From positions 78,058,001 to 78,122,000 of the forward strand of contig NC_083243.1 of the NCBI RefSeq assembly GCF_032191835.1: 64,000 nt of DNA. Reading direction: 5' to 3'. The DNA is from Heteronotia binoei (lineage: Eukaryota). A model generated the notes under the pieces. It did not search any database and was not told the origin of the DNA. It saw nothing but the letters and a program-made list of their open reading frames with translations. A program made the translations under genes and the position numbers. Shown piece after piece: positions 1 through 14,773 of the stretch; the first letter of the stretch is position 1, and the number at the start of each line of letters is the position of its first letter.

Positions 1-915
1 CATTGAGTCGGAAAGTATTTGTTTTCTGTTGTGAACTTATTTCCCAGCGATTTGTTTGTGAAATCATTTCCCAGTATTGGAGAAAGAGAAAAAGCTCCCT
101 CTATCCACTTTCTCCATCCCATGCACAATATTATAAACCTCTGTGGTGTCTCCCGGTAGCTGTTCTTTTTTTAAAACTTAAAAGATACAGTCTCTCTGTC
201 TTTTTCTCATATGGGAGATGCTCCAACCCCTAATCATCTTGGTTGCTCTCTTTTGTACTTTTTCCAGCTCTACAAGGCTATAGAGACCAGAACATTGAGT
301 TTTTCATTGCTACTGCACAGTGGGTCAGCAGTTTCATTCAGGTTTCCACAATAAAACCCAAGCTCTTTCAATTTCAGTGTCATCCAGCTCAGACCCCATC
401 AGCATATATTTAAAAATAGGAAATTTTTTTGTTCCAGTATGCCTCACTTTGCACTTATTCACATTGAACTTCATTTACTACATTGTTGCCCAATCACCCC
501 ATTTAGATGCCTTGACATTTTGACTTGATTTTCAGCATCCGGAATAATTTGGTATCATCAGCAAAGCTGGCTACTGTGCTACTCAGCCACAATTACAAAT
601 TATGTATTAACAGATTAAATAGTACAAGTCCCAATTTCAGTCCTTAGAGACCTAACTGCTTCCTTCCTTCCATTGCACAAACTGTCTATTCCTCTTCTCT
701 GATTACTGCCATTTAACCAACTTTTAATATATGAGAGAACCAACCTCATGATTGCTAAAGGTTACTCTGAGGTCTTTGATGTACCTTGTCCAAATCCTTT
801 TATATCCAAGTATATGATGTCTACTGGATTGCCTTTATCTACATGCTGGTTAACTTGCTCACACAACTCCAAGAGATTGCTTAAGCAGGATTTCCCTCTG
901 CAGAAGCCAAGTTAA
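1..915 (-). mobile_element. Decayed CR1 LINE fragment (RT to C-terminal ORF2), probably in RAD51 intron 1
   Basis: Reverse strand gives a degenerate CR1 ORF2 C-terminus (LEKVQKRATKM..., H.MEKV..E..F-like) at 1-275 and RT-like sequence at 380-915. Many stops and indels. Confidence 0.75.
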
Positions 916-1059
916 TTTTTCCCTCAGCAGATGACATTTGCCTACCTTACAGGATTTATTGATTACAGTAAACTAATGTATGTGCAGTGCTTTGAACACT
1001 AAATAACTGTTATTAACACTTCTTACTTTTGTAGGAACATTGACAGAATACTTTGTGCC

Positions 1060-1146
1060 ATGGCCATGCAAATGCAGTGTGATGAAAGTGCAGATTTGTC
1101 AACAGATGAGGGAAGCTTTGGTCCTCAACCCATTTCACGGCTGGAG
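1060..1146 (+). CDS. RAD51: RAD51 coding exon 1 (gene exon 2), [29 protein letters not shown]
   Basis: ATG at 1060; upstream acceptor ttttgtAG at 1033-1034 gives ~25 nt of 5'UTR; GT donor at 1147; 87 nt as in vertebrate RAD51. Confidence 0.97.
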
Positions 1147-1908
1147 GTATATCATCAGTGACTCCTTGGAGAGCTAGAGGTGTTTGGGGCTGCTTCATGC
1201 ATTAATATTTCTGTGCATAACATGTTCCTAATCTATGTGCATGCAAAGAAAGATGAACCATCATGACCTTGTTATAAAATATATACTAGGGCATATTTAT
1301 TGAAATAGTTTTATTCTGCCTTTCTTTGGGTTCAAGGTAAAACCACAGCTTAGGGCTGTTTGAGAAATGAAATTTTATGCCATACTCATTTTCAACCATT
1401 ATAGCAGTGACTGAATTTTTATGTGAAATAAGTTTCCTTATTCTGAAAGTTTTAATGTTTCCATGATGGTGGATATGGTTCTGAGATGAAGGGCATTTTT
1501 CATTTTGGTTTCTGTTCTACCAGTCTATGAAGGAATAAAGGTGCAGACATGATAATTAATCTTAAATGCAATTCTTGCTGCATAATATTTAAATTAGTAA
1601 CAATTGAAATAGTGCTGAAAAGTTGCTGGTTTATCATTAAGTATTTATTTCAAATAACTATTCATCTGTATTGTATATCATAATGTATTATGCTGCTGAG
1701 CAGGCAAGGCAGGAAAGAAACTTCACCTCATTGTTTGTACTATTCTTAATATTGGAATAAATAACTGAAATACATAAATAGAGTATATCTTTCAGCTGCT
1801 TTTTTGGTTGAATGGGATAGCAATACTTCATATTTTGTCAGATAATTTAAGTGTCTCACTTCTGTTGCAAATGCTTCATGCCCAGTAACTATGTTTTCTT
1901 TTGCATAG

Positions 1909-2058
<150 letters not shown>

Positions 2059-2374
2059 TAAAGCTATTAAAATATTAAGATAACTGCTTCTTGAAAATAG
2101 TGCTCCATGAACTTTTTCAAGTAAGATTGTACTTGAAAATATTTAGAAACGGAAGGACTTTTTAACATTTTCCTCAAAAGTATTATAGCAATTCAAGAGG
2201 TAGGAAAACAAAGCAAGGAAGTGGCAGAGCATGCTTTTGTTGGGTCTACTGCAGAGTATAATGGTGTACTTCTAATGGCTCAATGATCAGCTCTCAAGTC
2301 AAAAGATTCCCGTGACTGCACCTAGATGCTGTGTCACACCTTGTTTAAATAAACAGTTGCCTTTGTTGGCCTAG

Positions 2375-2638
<264 letters not shown>

Positions 2639-3446
2639 TAGATGTGTATATGCAAAACTTATATCACAGATTGATTCAAAGTGCATGTATTAGGCAGAAT
2701 CTGTTTTGAGACCACAAATTCTTTCAAGGGTAAGTTCAGTAGAAGAGAGGAGGATCCTGGGTCTTTTGAAAAGGTGGTTGCCTAGCTGGTTCTGTTTGTG
2801 TTATATTTCATAGCAGGAACCTATTCAAAAATATCTACTGAGTAAAGGAGCACACAAATAGTTTTGCATAGAGATCCATATTTAGATATTGAATAATGTA
2901 TAGCTTTGGATTGATATCTTTGATTAATACAGGGTCCTTGGGCTTTTGCAGCCCAACACTTGCAAAGTAAATCTTTGCTTATCCTCGTTTGAATTTACAA
3001 TGCTGCTTGCCACAATAGTAAATTTTCTTCTGGTCCCTAATAGGACATTTCCTTCTGGTGGTGTGTGAAAGAAGCCATTTTAAGACCTTTGCTAAAGAAA
3101 TTAGTTTGGCAAAATAAAATCTTGCCAGTTACACACCCTGAGCTTTATGGAAGGTGTAGGATACAAATATTTTAGTAAGTAAATATGATCAAAAAGACCT
3201 GTTGCATGGTGTTATTAATCTGCCTTCTAAGAGCCTTTCTCCATCTAAACTCTGTTCATTATATATTTTTGCTTGGAACTTGTTGAGTTTGCTTTTCCTG
3301 AAGTAATCATGCAGCAAAAGCCATTGTGGAGAAATAAACCCATAGGACCTTGAGATTCCCATGAACTGAAATTCAGGCACTTTTAATATATATCTGTTGT
3401 AGATATTATTTGTGAAGTGAGTTTGAAAATCATTATTTCTTATTAA

Positions 3447-3560
<114 letters not shown>

Positions 3561-4284
3561 TGAAATAAAACATTAAACAGAAAATACTCCTGCTCAGTGG
3601 GGCATAATTCCCATGATACAAGAGAACTATAGTTGGGTGGATCCTTTGACACTGAGGACTTGGCTATAGGTTCACAATAGACTTGAGTCTGTGAATCCCT
3701 TTTACTGCTGAACAGAGCTGCAAAGACAAGAAAGTGCAATTTGCAGCAAAGAATTAGTAGGTGGGGAAAGGATGCTTATCCTTTTCTGTATCTGCCACTT
3801 TTGTCTCTAATCCATTTCCTCCAGCCACTGTCACCATAATGAGGCAAATGTCTTAAGAATCTTGGCTGGTGGAGTAGCAGATGGTGGGGAGGGTGCTCTG
3901 GAATGTTTATTTAGCATACATCTCCTCCCCGCCCCCGCTGCTTCTCCAGTGCAAAAATATAGTTTCCCCTGCTTCTTTATAGCTCTAGGCTGTAGAGGAG
4001 GGCTCTCTAGCTGATCTTAAGTCATGGTGAAATCAAAGTTTCTGAGTTCTGGTAACCCTATGAGTTAATGACTTCCAAAATGTCTTACTGTAAACAGCCT
4101 TGCTCAGGTCTTGCTGTGGCTTTCTTGACTGAATCAGTCCATCTCCTGTTGGGTCCTCCTCTTTTCCTGCTGCCTTCAACTCTTCCTAGCATTCTTGTCT
4201 TTTCCAGTGAGTGTGGTCTTCTCATAAATGTGACCAAAGTACAATATCCACAGTTCGATTATTTTAGCTTCTAGAGAGAGTACA

Positions 4285-5980
4285 GGCTTGATTTGATCTA
4301 GAACCCACTTATTTGTCTTTTGGGCCAGTCTACATTATCTGTAAAACTCCTCAAAGACCACATGTCGAATGAATCAACTTTCTTCCTGTCAGCTTTATTC
4401 ATTATCCAGCTTTCACACCCATATGTAGCTTGCAAAACAGAGCTATTCTGCCAGGCTTTGCAGCTGAAGCACTGGACATCACCTTCTATTAGGTGTGTCC
4501 CCCGTGTCCCCCCCCCCAATTCTAGTGATCTTGGGATCTGATGGACTTGAACATATGAAGCTGCCTTTTACTGAATCAGACACTTGGTCCATCAAAGTCA
4601 GTATTGTCTTCTCAGACTGGCAATGGCTCTCCAGGGTCTCAAGCTGAGGTTTTTCACACCTGTTTGCCTGGACCCTTTTTTGGAGATGCCGGGGATTGAA
4701 CCTGGGACCTTCTGCTTCCCAAGCAGATGCTCTACCACTGAGCCACCGTCCCTCCCCTAATTTTCTGATGGAACCCATCCTGTGTCTGCTTTGCAGGAAG
4801 GGCAGGATATAAGTCAAACAAAATAAATAAATAATGGGGAATACTATGGCATGAATTAACTTTATCTTGATCACCTACACACATCTCTACACTTAAGGAT
4901 CTTTTCTAGCTCCTTCCCAGTCTCAGTCTTTCTGTTTTCTTGGTTGCAGCCTTCCTTTGGGCTGATGATGGAGCCAAGGAATAGAAAATCTTGTACAATT
5001 TCAGTTTCTTCACTGTCATCCTTAAAGTTGTCTAACTTCCTTGTCATGACTTTTGCATTTTTGATGTTCAGTTGTAATCCTGCTTTGGCACTTTCTGCAT
5101 TAACATTCTTCAGGAGATGTTTCAGGTCTTCACTGTTTCCTCCCAGTAATGTGCTGGCACATGAATATCTCGAATTATTAATGTTCCTTCCACCAGTTTT
5201 CACAATACCTTCACCTAAATCTGTCAGCTCTCCCCAAGACTTGTGCTGCAAATAGATTTAAGATATAGGGAGATAAAATGCATCCTTGGCTAACTCCTTT
5301 GCCAATTGGAATGTTTTGGTGTTTTTCTTCAGTATTCTAATTTTCAGCCTTAACACATCATGATCTGTACCACAATCAGTTCATGGTCCTCTTTTAGCAG
5401 AGACAATAGAGCTTCTCCAACTTCTGCTTCTGATTATGTAATCTGTTGAGTTTCTGTACTGGCTATCCAGTAATGTCCACATATACAATCGTCTGATCAG
5501 TCACCTGAAATGTGTTTGCGATGAACAACTAGTTGTCTTCACAGAATCCTATGAGTTGTTCTCCTGCTTTGTTGTGTGCTCCTAACTCAAATTTTCCAAC
5601 TGTATTTAATTCTACTTTATTCCCTGCCTTTGTGTTCCAGTCACCTATGACTAACAGCACATTTTGTTTAGGTGTGTGATCAGTTTCTTCCTGGAGACAT
5701 GCATAAAAGCGTTCAACTTCTTCAGCATCTGTAGTTGGGGCATAGACTTGACTGATGGATATATTTATAGGCTTTCCATGAAGTCTAATATTATTCAGTC
5801 AGACTTTGCATTATAGCTACTGACTGCCTGCGCTACATCTCACCTTGCTATTAGAGCAATTCCATTTCTTCTTTGTTCTTCATTTCTAGAGTAAAACACT
5901 TCATAATTTTCTGACTGAAAATATCCTAATGTAGTCTACTTTAGTTCACTCCCAAGATTACAATGTTTAAACATTCCATT
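4285..5980 (-). mobile_element. RTE-BovB-like LINE, internally deleted and interrupted, in RAD51 intron
   Basis: Minus strand: endonuclease motif IQVYAPTTDAEE (~5720-5750), RT-like IKT GGRNINN.RY (ORF 4871-5251), LIHAIVFPI (~4835-4860) resuming as YGCESW..KADRKK.DSF (4340-4430) after a nested SINE. Confidence 0.8.
4549..4759 (-). mobile_element. tRNA-derived SINE with CR1-like 8-nt tail
   Basis: Reverse strand: A box TGGCTCAGTGG, B box GGTTCAATCC, tail gcagcttcatatgttc. Near-identical copy at 10178-10392. Confidence 0.9.
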
Positions 5981-6071
5981 TATTATTTTACAATTTCTAG
6001 ATTATCAGTGTATCTTTTCAGAGAATCAAAGCACTTTTGTGACAATCTGTTGTTTTCGCCCCATTTCTTAG

Positions 6072-6242
<171 letters not shown>

Positions 6243-6864
6243 TGATAAGACTTGCTTAAGTAGCTTGCATGTTATTTAAAGTGTTTTACTGTACCTTTTA
6301 GTCAACGTAAAAGTAAGAGTAGAACAGAAGTGTACAAGATGTGTATTCATCTAATGTTCAGTATATACATAACTTGTGTTCTGCAAGCATAGAAAATGTG
6401 TTCCTGGCATCAGATCCCCTCTTTTGCAAAGACCGATTTAGGAGGCAGTGGAATTCCCACTGGAATAGACTTTCTCTATGCAATAATGCAGGCCTGTATT
6501 ATAAGCTAACCAGTGTCAATATTTCTGGGGGTAGATAGACAAAACTTTTGATTTCAGGCTATAATCAGGGCAAATCAGACACAAATGCACCAAGTACAGC
6601 TTTCTTAATAGAGTGTATTATTTTGACAGACCGTTTTCCCTCTTTTTATAGGAGAGGGATATAAATATCCGCTTACTTTTAAAAAAGATATTAAGCAGGT
6701 TTGACTATGTGCACCAAACTTTGCTTTCTAGGGCACATATAACCATTCTAACAATTTTTATATGCCCTTGTTCATTTCAAATTCATTTCATGTATTTACT
6801 GATTGATTAAAAATACTAGCCACTTTTCTACATTACAGGAACTCAAAGTGGTGTGTGAGGTAAA

Positions 6865-7410
6865 TAATATTATGTAAATAATAGCAAAACACAATAAATA
6901 CCCCAAACCAGTAATTTAAAATCAATAATTTAAAACTGCTGGTAGGCAGAACAAACTAATTGAGTGCTTTCGTGAATAAACCCATCTTCTGCTGCCTCCT
7001 AAAGGTCGAGTGAAAGGGCCAGGCACACCTCCCTGGGGAGCTTGTTCCATAATCATAGGGCTGCCACTGAAAAGTCCCTCTCTTGGTGTACCTACTGGAT
7101 AAGCTTATTTGATTAATAGTCAAGAGGGCCTCTCTCTGTTACCTTAATTCCCAGGCAGGAACATATGGGAGACCATTCTGCAGATACCCCGCTTGCAAAT
7201 CTTGTAGGGCTTTATAGGTCAAAACCAACACTTTGAATTGGGTTTGGGAATGGATAGGCCCAGTGTAGTTGCTGTAGTATTGGGGTCCCATGCTCCTGAT
7301 AGCTGGCCCTGACGAGCAGTCTAGTTGCAACTTCTGAACTCCCTTTGAGGTAGCCCCAATTGGAGTGCATTGCAATATTCCATTCTAGATGTAACTGAGG
7401 CATGGATCAC
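6865..7410 (-). mobile_element. L2 LINE 3' fragment in RAD51 intron
   Basis: Minus ORFs ILQQLHW.. and QFKVLVLTYKAL match the L2 ORF2 C-terminus seen intact at 21950-22020. Confidence 0.8.
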
Positions 7411-8020
7411 TATGTGATGATAATAAACAGAAGTAAATGCTCTGTTTGCTGATAATTTATAACTAAAGAAATGTCAGATTTTTTTCCAGTACCATACTCT
7501 GATATTTTTTAAAAAGTAATGAATTCCTAATGAGTTGAGATTCTGATGGCTGTTAATTTATTTAAAGTTTTTTTCTGAGATCCTATTAAGCCCTTTAAAA
7601 ATGAATACAGTTCAGAAAACTAGGACACCCATGATATAGATTCTTTGTGTATATCTTTCACAAAGATTATGTGAAAGGATTAAAGAGGATTATATATCAC
7701 TTTTACTACCCAAAATGCAATCTCAGCTCTTCCTTTTTTTGAAAAACAGATTAACAAAAAAGGAGAGTGAGTTTGTGTGGATTTTTGGAAACACAAAGAC
7801 CAACCTATAACACTGTTGAATGCAGCTTCCATTCCAATTTATCAAATCAACAGTAACAAGGTCTCTTTGATGCAGAGGGAGCAGCACACCAAAAATTGCT
7901 AGAGGGAGGGAGGGATGAGGCATACAATATGAAATAGTCTGGAACAGTCAGGCAGGGCATCAGACTTAACTAGATGCTCCCCAAAGACCGACTTGCCTTT
8001 TGTTTGATTTGCTCGCCTAG

Positions 8021-8134
8021 GTATGGCTTATCCGGCAGCGATGTGCTCGATAATGTGGCATATGCTCGAGGTTTTAATACAGACCATCAGACGCAGCTCT
8101 TATACCAAGCATCTGCTATGATGACAGAATCAAG
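8021..8134 (+). CDS. RAD51: RAD51 coding exon 6, (R)[37 protein letters not shown]
   Basis: ctAG acceptor, GTAACA donor at 8135; 114 nt. Confidence 0.99.
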
Positions 8135-10177
8135 GTAACAAGTGTAGCATGCTCAGAGAAGGTTGCCACTATCTTATAGGTTAATTGGTTCATCAATTGC
8201 AACATTTTATATAATTTCTCTGAAGATGGCAGGACAATGGCCTAATAAAGAGTCCCTGGCTTTTTTTTTTACCAGAATAATATAATTGTCCTGTGAAATA
8301 TGCCTAATCCTCGCTGCTGCCAGTTTTCCCAGATTGCAGTAGTGTTCTGTTACCATAAAATAAATTCTTCCTAACATTTCAGTTAAGTGCACCTTGGTAA
8401 GAAAAAGATGGTAGTTTTAGACTTGATGCCTCTCTTCAAAGAGATGTGTCCGAAATATGTGGTGGACAAATAAAAGACAATGGGTTGGATCCAGCCAGAT
8501 TTGTCAGTCAGTCTCACCAAATCCCCCTCACTACAGCCCTCATCCCACAAACCTTTTGATCATGCAGGTCCCAAGATTCTTAGCAGAGCTTTTTTGGATG
8601 TCAAAGGGGACCCCTTCCTTCCTTTTTTATCATTTAAAATGCCATTTGGATCTCACAAAACTGTTTTGTAACTGTTAAATGTAAATGAGATTGGAAGCCA
8701 TGCATGTTTATCTAAGATCTTGTCGTAAAAGACACATTTAGAACCCTATTCTACATGGAGGATATTTTATGTGCCACAAACTCTGATCCAGCCCTAGGAT
8801 GATCTTCAGTGGGGAGGGCGAGATATAAATCGAATAAATAAATTAACATTTGAAAGAGTGCTCAGGCATAGGTGGACCACCACACTAGAAGAACCCCTCT
8901 TACCACTGAGGTAATGTCCCATGTGAGCGAAGTGTTTCAGGGTAACCTGATTTATGCTCACTTAAAGGAAGGAGGTAATGCAAATGAATACTGAGCAATT
9001 ATATGGTTATGTGGAGCATCTATCTCGCAAACTGTGTGTGTGGAGGCGCATACATTCTACTGCGCAAAGTCCATTTCCAACCTACAAATGTATGAACCAG
9101 GCCTAGACTAACCAGTTTCATATTCATGCTTTATTCAGAATAATAGCCACCATTCTGCCCTACATTATACCCAGGTAGACAGAAATATGTAGGTTGCACA
9201 CTGGAATTGATTGATGATGTGCATGCCCTTTTCTGGTACAATGCAAGAGTCTTTCCAGTCTCACAAGAATACTGTATCCAAGCAGTCTAGTGTTAAGTAA
9301 AAAAGGCCTACAGACAGGCAACAATTTGAAGAATAACAGGCAAAATGAATGATCTCAGAAAATATCTTGGTGGGAATAGAACATTTCAGGGAACATTTTC
9401 AGATAAGAAAATAAACACCAAAATAGCATGCTAAGTTAGCCAGAATTCTGACAATAACAATACTATCTGGGTTAGAGTAAGATACTAATTGTGTGGAAGG
9501 TCACCTGGCACTTTGCCAGTAGACAGCATTCTTTTCCAGAGCAAAATATATGCTTCACTCACAGTATTTAACAAGCTGAGTTTGAAACATACATTCTCAC
9601 AACCTTTCCACAGCTGTATTTTTTTAAAAAAAATATTGATTGATATGAAGAAAAATACAGTTTTCAGGTCTGATACTATGTACTAACTGGAGTTTTGAAC
9701 CAATCACAATCTTACTACTTTAAATTTTTGATGAGGAGGGATGATAGGCAGTCTGGGTTACTTTACTGAGGAGCATCTGATAGTAGAATTGAGACAGTAC
9801 AAAAAGGAAATTATAATTATGTAAGTTTTTTTGATGTAAACCACCCTAAGCCCTGTTCCATGGGGAAGGGCAGCCTAAAGCTTGAATTTAATAAGTAAAT
9901 AAATAAATAGAAACCTACCAAGCTTTCAGTCAGTGAAACCCTCTACAGGACTTAAGGTGGTTTACATAAAAAAAGCTTTACATAATTATAATTTAAAATT
10001 AAAATTATCATAATACAGCATAAATACCAATAAGATGATGATGGAACTGCCAAGGTGTGCCATAGCCTCGAAGGGGGGGCAGGGGAAGCAGGAGTGCCAG
10101 CCAAATGGAAGAACATTGCTATCCTCAACAAACACCTTGTGGAACATCTCTTCCTTGCATGCCCTGCAGAACTTCAT

Positions 10178-10392
10178 TAACATATGAACATATGAAGCTG
10201 CCTTATACTGAATCAGACCCTCAGTCCATCAAAGTCAGGATTGTCTTCTCAGACTGGCAGCGGCTCTCCAGGGTCTCAGGCGGAGGTTTTTCACACCTTT
10301 TTGCCTGGACCCTTTTTTGGAGATGCCGGGGATTGAACCTGGGACCTTCTGCTTACCGAGCAGATGCTCTACCACTGAGCCACCGTCCCTCT
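10178..10392 (-). mobile_element. tRNA-derived SINE, same family as 4549-4759
   Basis: Same A/B boxes and body; tail repeat aacatatg x2. Confidence 0.9.
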
Positions 10393-10867
10393 AGTCCCAC
10401 AGGGCTTGAGTATCACTCAGCAGAGAGTTCCAGAAAGTTGGGGACAGGGCAGAGAATGTCCTGGCCCTGATCAAAGACAGCCACATACCTTATCAGCCGA
10501 CCATAATAAAAGAGTGCAACAGTGAATAAAGAAACAGTAAAGGTTGGTACAAATAAATAAACAGCCCTAAGGCATCTAACTAGTCGTTCCCTGTTACTAA
10601 ATATCAAAATTCACCACCCCCTTTGAGTGAGGGATCCCTTCCTCCAGCTACAGCCTTCTCCACACTGCAGCCCTTCCAAAGAGAACAACTTTCCTTTCTA
10701 GCTAGGCCTTTTATTGCCTTCCTCCAAGGTCCCACCCCTTTGGGTGAGTTTTCCCTTCAAAAACTCTGTCACCCAATCAGAGGGACAAAAGGGATCCTGG
10801 AAGATGTAGGCCCACTAGCCACTCCTACACAGGCTTCTCCGGAGCTTGTAGGCCTCACTAGGCCTAG

Positions 10868-11074
<207 letters not shown>

Positions 11075-11266
11075 TAAGTGGCCTACACCTTATTATTTTA
11101 TTTTGTTCCATCTGCAGTATTCTCCGGGTAGTCAAGGGATGAACAGGGGTACTTTATTCAGAATAAATGGGATGAATGTAATGTCTGAGTAGACGATGAC
11201 AGACCACCTGGGGCGCTTTCCATTTCTAGCAAAGAAGCTGCAGTTAATTTTATGCCTCTCTTGTGA

Positions 11267-11392
<126 letters not shown>

Positions 11393-11524
11393 TAAGACAG
11401 AAGAATGCTAGTTTTAATTGATGTGGCTTTTCTTAGGTTCTGGTAGGTTATCTGATGGAGTGGGGAAAAGGATAATTAATGTCCAAATTGCTGTAGAGCC
11501 AGATTATTATTTTTTAATCTGTAG

Positions 11525-11689
<165 letters not shown>

Positions 11690-12462
11690 GTGACCCAGCA
11701 TGTCTGCCTAATAAGAATGGACTAATCAAAAGCAGCTGTGCTTCTGCTGATGATTCTCCTGCTCAAGTTTTGCTCTGACTGGACATCTGATCCTCCATTT
11801 TGGAATTGCTATATTTAACTTCAAAATAATTTTTAAAAACCTTGGACCTCTTGTCCTGTTGACACACACCTCCTTCTGATGCATTTTGCTGAATTGAATT
11901 CTTTCATTCTTAATGCTGTAGTATGGCAAGAACTCTAAGAAATGCCCTATTTGCCAAGTCTATGCAGGACTGATGGCTACATAAAGAGTGAAATCCTGAA
12001 CTTTTGCCTGACTTAAGTTAGATGCTTAAAACTATGAAACAAGTGCAGAAGACTGGCATGTTAAGGATTGGGGAAAGATTCTTGTAGAGGTTGAGAGTGC
12101 ATTGCATCTAAATTATTATTTTGTTTGTTTTGAATCTGTTTAGCATTGGCAGAATCTGAGGCAAAGAAGCTTTGACAATAATTCTGAAGTTCAAGCAGCT
12201 TCTAGTTCACATTAGAGACTTTTCTGTTGAAATTGTGAACAGAAAAGTTTTTGAACTGTAACTTCAGAACTGAAATTATCAATTGAAACTTTATTTTTCT
12301 AAATATATCTTCTAAATTAATACAGTCATTGTCTTATCCCCAAAAAGTTAGGCATTGGGTTACTGTTGTGATAAAAATTGTAGATGTGTTTCTGACAGCA
12401 TTGGTGAGGTGCTGCCTGTAAATATTTCCAAGGCACCTTGATTGTGCTAACATTTAAAACTG

Positions 12463-12739
12463 ATTAAAGTATCTTATACCCACACGGGGCTGTGGAAATC
12501 TCTACTGTTTTGTATTATCCACAGACCAATTTGTCTCTGTTATGGTCAAGGAAAACAGGTTAACATTAGGTTCAGGTGGATGACAGCTAATATAAATGGT
12601 CTCAGACATGGGCTGGAGCTTAAGAATTCAAATTCTGTGCCTCCTATTATGCAAATGTCTGTAAATGTTTCCTTTGCAATGTTTTACAAATTTGGAGGAC
12701 TTCCCCCAACAGGGCAAGGAAGAGTGAGACAGGAATAAA
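12463..12739 (+). terminator. Candidate RAD51 polyadenylation signals (ATTAAA 12463-12468; AATAAA 12734-12739)
   Basis: First ATTAAA and first AATAAA found downstream of the stop; the first is followed by a GU/U-rich stretch. No transcript evidence. Confidence 0.4.
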
Positions 12740-12876
12740 TGTACAGGTCTATAGAGGATTGACAGGAAGGAACAAGCTGTTCAGAGGACAAAATCGCCAT
12801 TAATTTTCACTTATTCAGCTCAGAGCAGGTATAGTGGACTTTGATCTCCCTGCAAGAAATGAAACCTTTTAAAACT

Positions 12877-13136
12877 GAGAGCCAGTTTGCTGTGTTGGTT
12901 AAGAGTGTGACTCTAATCTGGGAAAACTGGGTTTGATCCCCCACATTTCACATGCAGCTGTTGCTGTGACCTTGGGTCAGTCACAATCCTTGAAAGAACT
13001 GTTCTCTCCAGAGCAGTTCTTGAAAGAGCTGTCTCAGCCCCACCCTACCTCACAGGGTGTCTGTTGTTGGGAGGGGAAGGCAAAGGAAATTGTAAGCTCC
13101 AGGTGAAGGGCAGGGTATAAATCCAACTTCTCTTCT
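12877..13136 (+). mobile_element. Squam3-like tRNA/CORE SINE
   Basis: Head agagccagtttg.tgtg.tggttaagag, core cctacctcacagggtgtctgttgt, tail gggtataaatccaacttctctt. Confidence 0.85.
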
Positions 13137-14407
13137 GATGGATTTTGCCTCCACAAAGTATATAAAAATACACAAAACATGAATACTTGTGTGCATTCAA
13201 GAGTACTATGAGACTGCTGCTAATCTCCCACATGCACACAAGATCTTAACATATGCATTGGGAGACGATGCACAAATGACCATAGATGTACACTTTGGGC
13301 AGCCAACTGGTCAGATAAAGCCCACATGACGCATATAGCTGGTAAAGCATGTTTATCACTTTCACAATATCAGCCTCGCAGCCAGCCACTAACACATACC
13401 AGTTTCAGGGATTCTTCTTGGGATCTAATGTGATGTTGTGGAACTCCTGCCTTGTTGGATACAAATATTACAAGCAATACCCTGGGCTCTCAGTGTGCTC
13501 TTGTGCAAAGGAAACAAAGCCCAGGGAGCGCTAGTCCTAGAACTTCCATTACTCAGAACTACAGTATGACCTGTGAAAGGATTTCCCTCGCCGAACATCC
13601 CAAGCTTACACGTTGTCTATTTGTTCATAAATTCTGAGGTACCTATTTTTGATTTTCCATGCTCTAGGCCTGAGATATCACAGAAAATCTCTTGAAAGGA
13701 GCAGTGTTATGGAAATAAACACAGCATAACAGGGTACCATGATGATGTTAATTACTATTTAGGTGCAGAACATTCAGCTAGCTCAAAGTCTTGTCTGCTG
13801 ACCAATGTACATGAAGGCAATTGTGGGGCCAATAAAATTATGTAGGTTCAGCAGTTATATTGTCCCTACCTTCTGAGAAGCTTCTTTCTGGTGCATCTAA
13901 TTTGTAGCAGCAACCCATCCCAGAGGGCTTTGCAGTTGAGCTGTCTTTTCTTTTCCAGTGGCGGAATTTGGTGCAATTTGGAATTTGGGACTAGCTGTCT
14001 GGCTGTGATAGAGGTTACAAACAATGCAGGTGGTGATGGGTGGACTGGTCTTTTAACTTAGCAGTGAAGTATATGGTGGGCCACTGGCAGCTTGGTGGCA
14101 GCAGCAGCTCAAAACATCCACTTGGTTCAAATGTGGCTCACAATAGTGATGACTATATTTCTTCTCATTGCTGGTGCAGCCCAGGTCTGAGTTGAGCAGA
14201 CCAGCTGGCACTGCGAGGCCCTCTTAATTCAACTTGCTCCAGGACAATTGTTAACCCAGTCTGCCCATGCACATAGTGCTTGTTTGTTTTCAAGTGGCAG
14301 CCCAGATAATCAACATGGTTTGAACCCTAACTGTGATTAATTTGAAAGACTCCTTATTTGCAAGACTTTAGACAGTACCTGCATGACACTAATTGTATTG
14401 CTGTAGG

Positions 14408-14773
14408 AGTTCTTTCAAGCTGTGGTGCTGGAGAAGAATCTTGAGAGTCCCTTGGACTGCGAGAAGATCAAATCAGTCAGTCCTAAGTGAAGTCAACCTT
14501 GACTGTTCCCTGGAAGGTCAGATGCTGAAGCTCAAATACTTTGGCCACCAAATGAGAAGGGAGCACTCACTGGGGAAGACCCTGATGCTGGGAAAGACGG
14601 AGGCAAAAGAAGAAGGGGACAGCAAAAGATGAGATGGCTGGACAGCTTACTGATGTGACTAACATGAATTTGAGCAGACTTCGAAGGATGGTGGAAGACA
14701 GGAGGGCCTGGTGTGATGTGGTCCATGGGGTCGCAAAGAGTTGGACTCAACTGTGCGACTGAACAACAACAAA
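14408..14773 (+). mobile_element. RTE-BovB-like LINE 3' end
   Basis: FKLWCWRRILRVPWTARRSNQS..LKYFGH.MRR..SL.KTLMLGK; ends gcgactgaacaacaacaaaa. Confidence 0.92.

Noticed and set aside
4680-4759. tRNA genes at SINE heads (also ~10320-10392 and 62440-62504)
   Set aside because: A/B boxes run directly into SINE bodies and tails; no complete cloverleaf or terminator.
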